This document shows positions 63,253-64,000 of a DNA stretch of 64,000 bases, one piece after another (positions within the stretch are counted from its first letter, which is position 1; each line of letters starts with the position of its first letter). The stretch lies in IMG/VR virus record IMGVR_UViG_3300045940_000149. One strand, 5' to 3'. The stretch comes from an uncultured virus (IMG/VR IMGVR_UViG_3300045940_000149). Lineage: Duplodnaviria; Heunggongvirae; Uroviricota; Caudoviricetes. A model generated the notes under the pieces. It was not told where the DNA came from, ran no database searches, and saw only the letters and a list, made by a program, of their open reading frames with translations. The translations under genes and the position numbers were made by a program.

Positions 63253-63905
63253 CAGACCGGATACCGCATGTAGTGGCTGAGCAGGCTCTTCACTGAACTC
63301 ATCTGCTGCGTGGTCAAGCCGCCGCCGGTCGCCCCACTGCCGCCACGGGCGTTCGGGTCGAAGAACATCACCCGCGCTTCCTTGTGGCTGAGCGAGCGGA
63401 TACCGGCGACCGCGGCCTGCGCGGCTTCGGTGCGGGCGCTGCGCAGCGCGATGCCGAGCGCTTGCTTGAGTGCCGCCGGGGCCTCGATCGGCAGCAGATA
63501 TCCGCCCCAATAGGTGATAACGGTCGGCGATTCCCACATGCCGTCGAGGATGGTGATCTTGCCGCTCTCTTCCTCGATCTCGTACATGCTGGGATCGAGC
63601 ACCACGCCTTCCGGCGACTCGACGCTCTCGATATCGTCCTCCTTGACCGGCCAGTGCGTGAGATAGATGCGCGGGCTCTGCGGCGGGCAATCGATCCAGC
63701 GCCACGTCTCGCGCACGTGCTCGTAGGCGAATTGCCGGTTGGCCTCGGTGGCGAGCCACGCCGACTGCTGGTCGATCAGCATCTGGAGCTGGGCGTCGCC
63801 GCTGGTATCGACCGCCGGAATGCCGAGAAAGGTCTTGGCCTCTTCCAGCGTCATGAACGCGTAGGAGCTGGCCGCCTGCAGGATCTTGACGGTTACGTCG
63901 GCCAT
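63252..63905 (-). CDS. Head-tail connector (gp6-like)
   Basis: TLEEAKTFLGI..DAQLQMLI..ITYWGGY..PAALKQA. Confidence 0.75.
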   Translation of the reverse strand: MADVTVKILQAASSYAFMTLEEAKTFLGIPAVDTSGDAQLQMLIDQQSAWLATEANRQFAYEHVRETWRWIDCPPQSPRIYLTHWPVKEDDIESVESPEGVVLDPSMYEIEEESGKITILDGMWESPTVITYWGGYLLPIEAPAALKQALGIALRSARTEAAQAAVAGIRSLSHKEARVMFFDPNARGGSGATGGGLTTQQMSSVKSLLSHYMRYPV

Positions 63906-64000
63906 CAGCGCTTCTTTCGCCAAGTGAACCGGAAGCCGAGAACGACGATGCTCGGTACCAGCCCATACCGTTCGGAGAACATCACGGTCGCGGTCTCGCG

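Larger units (their letters stand above)
1..64000. mobile_element. Temperate phage genome segment with Mu-like contractile tail
   Basis: Integrase/xis/attP, cI/cro, exonuclease/RecT, endolysins, sheath/tube/baseplate; no host housekeeping genes seen. Confidence 0.95.

Overview
This 64-kb window is part of a temperate phage genome. It is high-GC, and the host is probably an alphaproteobacterium (GapR-like gene, CTTG-N-CTATAT promoters). An intact attP suggests the free or excised form. Left to right: replication genes on the minus strand (TOPRIM primase, RuvC-like, ParB-MT-A70, GapR-like), a cro/cI switch, an early operon (ParB-like genes, YqaJ exonuclease, RecT), many short accessory ORFs, xis/int and an attP carrying the 5' half of tRNA-Thr(UGU), more accessory ORFs, then convergent lysis genes and a Mu-like contractile tail module. 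The highlight is at 10.66-13.21 kb: three arrays totalling 20 units of stem-CA-[9 nt]-TGANNNCCN-[9 nt]-stem, interleaved with an unknown gene and an IS110/Nop-like gene lacking a nuclease domain. This looks like a TIGR-Tas (TasA-type) RNA-guided system. Its unusual features are two strictly alternating stems, arrays that are stop-free ORFs overlapping their neighbours, reused spacers, and an orphan unit 28 kb away in the tail module. All protein calls are by eye from motifs; no searches were run.
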